Part shown: positions 25,137 through 27,421 of the stretch, in pieces | Layout: every line of letters begins with the position of its first letter | How positions within the stretch are numbered: position 1 is the first letter of the stretch | Origin: an uncultured Rikenellaceae bacterium | GTDB taxonomy: Bacteria; Bacteroidota; Bacteroidia; Bacteroidales; Tenuifilaceae | DNA length: 27,421 nucleotides | Direction of reading: 5' to 3' | Assembly: GCA_964481075.1 (NCBI GenBank) | Contig: CAYZSD010000030.1 | Span: forward strand, 1 to 27,421 | The notes under the pieces: generated by a model | Told to the model about the DNA's origin: nothing | Seen by the model: the letters and a program-made list of their open reading frames with translations, nothing else | Database searches by the model: none | Translations under genes and position numbers: made by a program

Positions 25137-26561
25137 ATGAATTACTATAAAATCCCCCCCTATCTGGCGAAAGCCAAAAAATTTCTCTCAGAAATTCGAG
25201 AGGCAATAACTGGCTCCGAAAACGACTACACCTCACTTAGTCTTCGCAAAGCATTGATCCTACTTTCTATTCCTATGGTTCTAGAAATGCTAATGGAGTC
25301 AGTTTTCATTATCTTCGACATTTACTTCGTTTCAAAGCTTGGTCCCGAAGCAGTTTCAATTGTTGGGCTCACCGAGTCGCTGCTAACCATTGTTTATGCC
25401 TTTGGTATAGGCTTTTCCATCTCTATTACAGCAATTGTATCGAGAAGAATTGGCGAGAAAAATCCCCAAAAAGCGAGCCTTGCCGCTCTTCAAGCATTGA
25501 TTGTTGTCATAACAATTTCGCTTTCAATAACTCTGGTAGGATTGTTATTCAGCAAAGACCTGCTACTTTTAATGGGAGCCAATGAAGAAACAGCTATTCA
25601 ATACGGTGGCTACACAAAGTGGATGTTGGTTGGAAATGCATCGATAATGTTGCTTTTTGTACTCAACGGCATTTTTAGGGGTGCAGGCGATGCAGCAATA
25701 GCAATGAGGGTGCTTTGGCTTGCTAATATTATTAATATCATACTCGATCCCCTGCTTATTTTTGGTATTGGTCCGTTTCCAAAACTTGGAATTGAGGGAG
25801 CGGCAATTGCTACAAACATTGGTCGCGGTTTAGGAGTTGTGTATCAACTTTACATCCTAATTTTTAGCAGTAAAAGCAGACTTAAGTTTTCAATTAACGA
25901 TATAGTTCCCGATTTGGAGTATATTGGCTCCTTCCTTAAGCTTTCGTATTCTGGAATTCTTCAGCTACTCATAGCGACCTCGAGTTGGGTTGGGTTGGTT
26001 AGAATAATATCAACATTTGGCAGCATCTCGGTTGCTGGTTATACCGTTGGCATTAGAATTATGATATTTGCCATGCTTCCTGCAGCAGGAATTAGCAATG
26101 CAGCAGCCACTCTTGTAGGGCAGAATCTTGGTGCAAACAATCCGAAGCAAGCTGAACGGTCTGTTTGGGTTTCAGGCATTGTTAATGCAATATTCATGGG
26201 GTTTGCAGGTCTTTTATTAGTTCTATTCCCCGAGGCAATTATTAACTTTCTAACATCCGACCCTCAAGTTGTTGAAAAAGGGGCCGAGTGCATGCGTATT
26301 CTAAGCATTGGTTTCGTTGCTTACGGGTTCGGCATGGTAGTTGTTCACTCGCTTAATGGGTCGGGTGACACTTTCTCGCCAATGATTATCAACCTCTTCT
26401 GCTTTTGGGTGTTAGAAATACCTTTAGCGTATATTCTCGCTATTAGCTTAGGTTTGAATGAAAAAGGTGTTTACTATGCTATTGTAATTGCTGAAACAGC
26501 CATGACAGTTACAGCCATATTAATCTTTAAAAGAGGGCGTTGGAAATTACAGAAAGTTTAG
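25137..26561 (+). CDS. MATE-family efflux transporter
   Basis: 474 aa with about 12 TM helices. The N-terminus LRKALILLSIPMVLEMLMESVFIIFDIYFVSKLG is typical of MATE (NorM/DinF-like) proteins. Confidence 0.9.
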   Translation: MNYYKIPPYLAKAKKFLSEIREAITGSENDYTSLSLRKALILLSIPMVLEMLMESVFIIFDIYFVSKLGPEAVSIVGLTESLLTIVYAFGIGFSISITAIVSRRIGEKNPQKASLAALQALIVVITISLSITLVGLLFSKDLLLLMGANEETAIQYGGYTKWMLVGNASIMLLFVLNGIFRGAGDAAIAMRVLWLANIINIILDPLLIFGIGPFPKLGIEGAAIATNIGRGLGVVYQLYILIFSSKSRLKFSINDIVPDLEYIGSFLKLSYSGILQLLIATSSWVGLVRIISTFGSISVAGYTVGIRIMIFAMLPAAGISNAAATLVGQNLGANNPKQAERSVWVSGIVNAIFMGFAGLLLVLFPEAIINFLTSDPQVVEKGAECMRILSIGFVAYGFGMVVVHSLNGSGDTFSPMIINLFCFWVLEIPLAYILAISLGLNEKGVYYAIVIAETAMTVTAILIFKRGRWKLQKV

Positions 26562-26614
26562 CTTTAGAATTATGAATAGGTTTTCTACCTTTACCATTCA
26601 TTAAAACCACAATT

Positions 26615-27421
26615 ATGGCGACTGTAATTATTGCCTTTCTAATGTTTATTTCCTCTTCTGCCTTTTCAAGCGAGGGATGGCAAATAACCACTCGGTACTA
26701 TAACAAGTACGAGAATCCAGAACTTGGGCGGGTAGAAGAGGTTGTTCTGGCATCGGGATACATGAAAATGATTACCAATAATTTAACAACAGTTTTTGAT
26801 ATTAATAACGGAAAAATCATTTACATCAACCCAACCAATCAGCTTTATTGGAGTGGTTCACCCGATAGATTTAACATCGAAATACGCAGTGAGCTTGAGG
26901 CTATGATTGAAAAACGGTTATATGGCGTTGAGCGGGAAAGCCAGGATGCAATGCGTGAAATGTACACCGAGATGCTTAACGCATCCTTTCCGCAAAAAAG
27001 CAACGAACCAGCAAGAACAAGGAAATTTGCCATAAAGAAGGATAAAGAAAACGAAAAAATCTTCGATTTTAATGCAACCTCCTATAAGATTTCAGAGGAA
27101 GGTATGCACTTCGAAACAATATGGATTTCAAACAGTTTACCTGTGTATCAGGTATTCGATTTCGTTAGTCTAAGTCATTTTTTAGGTCAGCTTGCCCCAG
27201 GTGCTTATGCAGAAAGTTTCGAGAGCTCAACCGAGTATTTCAACCTTGTTGAAAAGGGTTATCCAGTAAAAGTTGAAATGTATCGATCCGATGGAACAAT
27301 CCAAATTTCAGAAGTTATTAGGGCAAAAAAGATAAATGTTTCACCTGTTGATTTTCAAGTTCCAAAGGGTTTTTCTCAAGCCACTCTAACCGATGTAGGG
27401 GTTTGGGATGGATTTCAATAG
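26615..27421 (+). CDS. Secreted hypothetical protein (possibly DUF4412-like)
   Basis: Signal peptide MATVIIAFLMFISSSAFSS. The C-terminal FQVPKGFSQ is reminiscent of DUF4412 proteins. The family assignment is from memory only. Confidence 0.5.
   Translation: MATVIIAFLMFISSSAFSSEGWQITTRYYNKYENPELGRVEEVVLASGYMKMITNNLTTVFDINNGKIIYINPTNQLYWSGSPDRFNIEIRSELEAMIEKRLYGVERESQDAMREMYTEMLNASFPQKSNEPARTRKFAIKKDKENEKIFDFNATSYKISEEGMHFETIWISNSLPVYQVFDFVSLSHFLGQLAPGAYAESFESSTEYFNLVEKGYPVKVEMYRSDGTIQISEVIRAKKINVSPVDFQVPKGFSQATLTDVGVWDGFQ

Noticed and set aside
1-27421. CRISPR arrays, transposases/IS elements, integrases, integron attC sites
   Set aside because: No regularly spaced direct repeats were found. 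No ORFs with DDE, tyrosine-recombinase or serine-recombinase motifs were found. The inverted repeat at 5665-5802 lacks attC R'/R'' core sequences.

Overview
This 27.4-kb window looks like an anaerobic Bacteroidota chromosome. The evidence is a T9SS C-terminal sorting domain, TAnnTTTG-type -7 promoter boxes, roughly 40% GC by eye, and tight operons without obvious Shine-Dalgarno sites. No rRNA, tRNA, CRISPR array or transposase was recognised.

The left third (1-8.7 kb) looks accessory. It holds a GC-rich structured edge, a HigBA-like toxin-antitoxin pair, a frameshifted small permease and a decayed Fic gene remnant. Next comes the standout feature: one apparent transcription unit, arsR-hgcA-hgcB-arsC-acr3 plus a small Cys protein. 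Here the mercury-methylation corrinoid/ferredoxin pair HgcAB is translationally coupled to ArsR and sits inside a classical arsenic-resistance operon. That unit ends at a strong terminator nested in a long inverted repeat. Beyond the terminator are a convergent gene for a membrane-anchored, metallothionein-like Cys/Lys/His-rich protein, a GTTAAT-repeat-rich divergent promoter region, and a histidine kinase / OmpR-type regulator / SugE operon.

The rest is mostly ordinary:
- a lipoprotein and gltX;
- a large Cache-HAMP-GAF-PAS sensor with no output domain;
- dapD;
- an ~8-kb glycan cluster with three GT2 and two GT4 enzymes, a methyltransferase, and a LicD / cytidylyltransferase / TagF-like CDP-alcohol module;
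- a T9SS-secreted C45/Ntn-hydrolase-like protein;
- a YchF whose switch I/II motifs are unusually degenerate;
- a MATE exporter and a secreted hypothetical protein.

All calls rest on reading the translations and DNA by eye. No database search was run.
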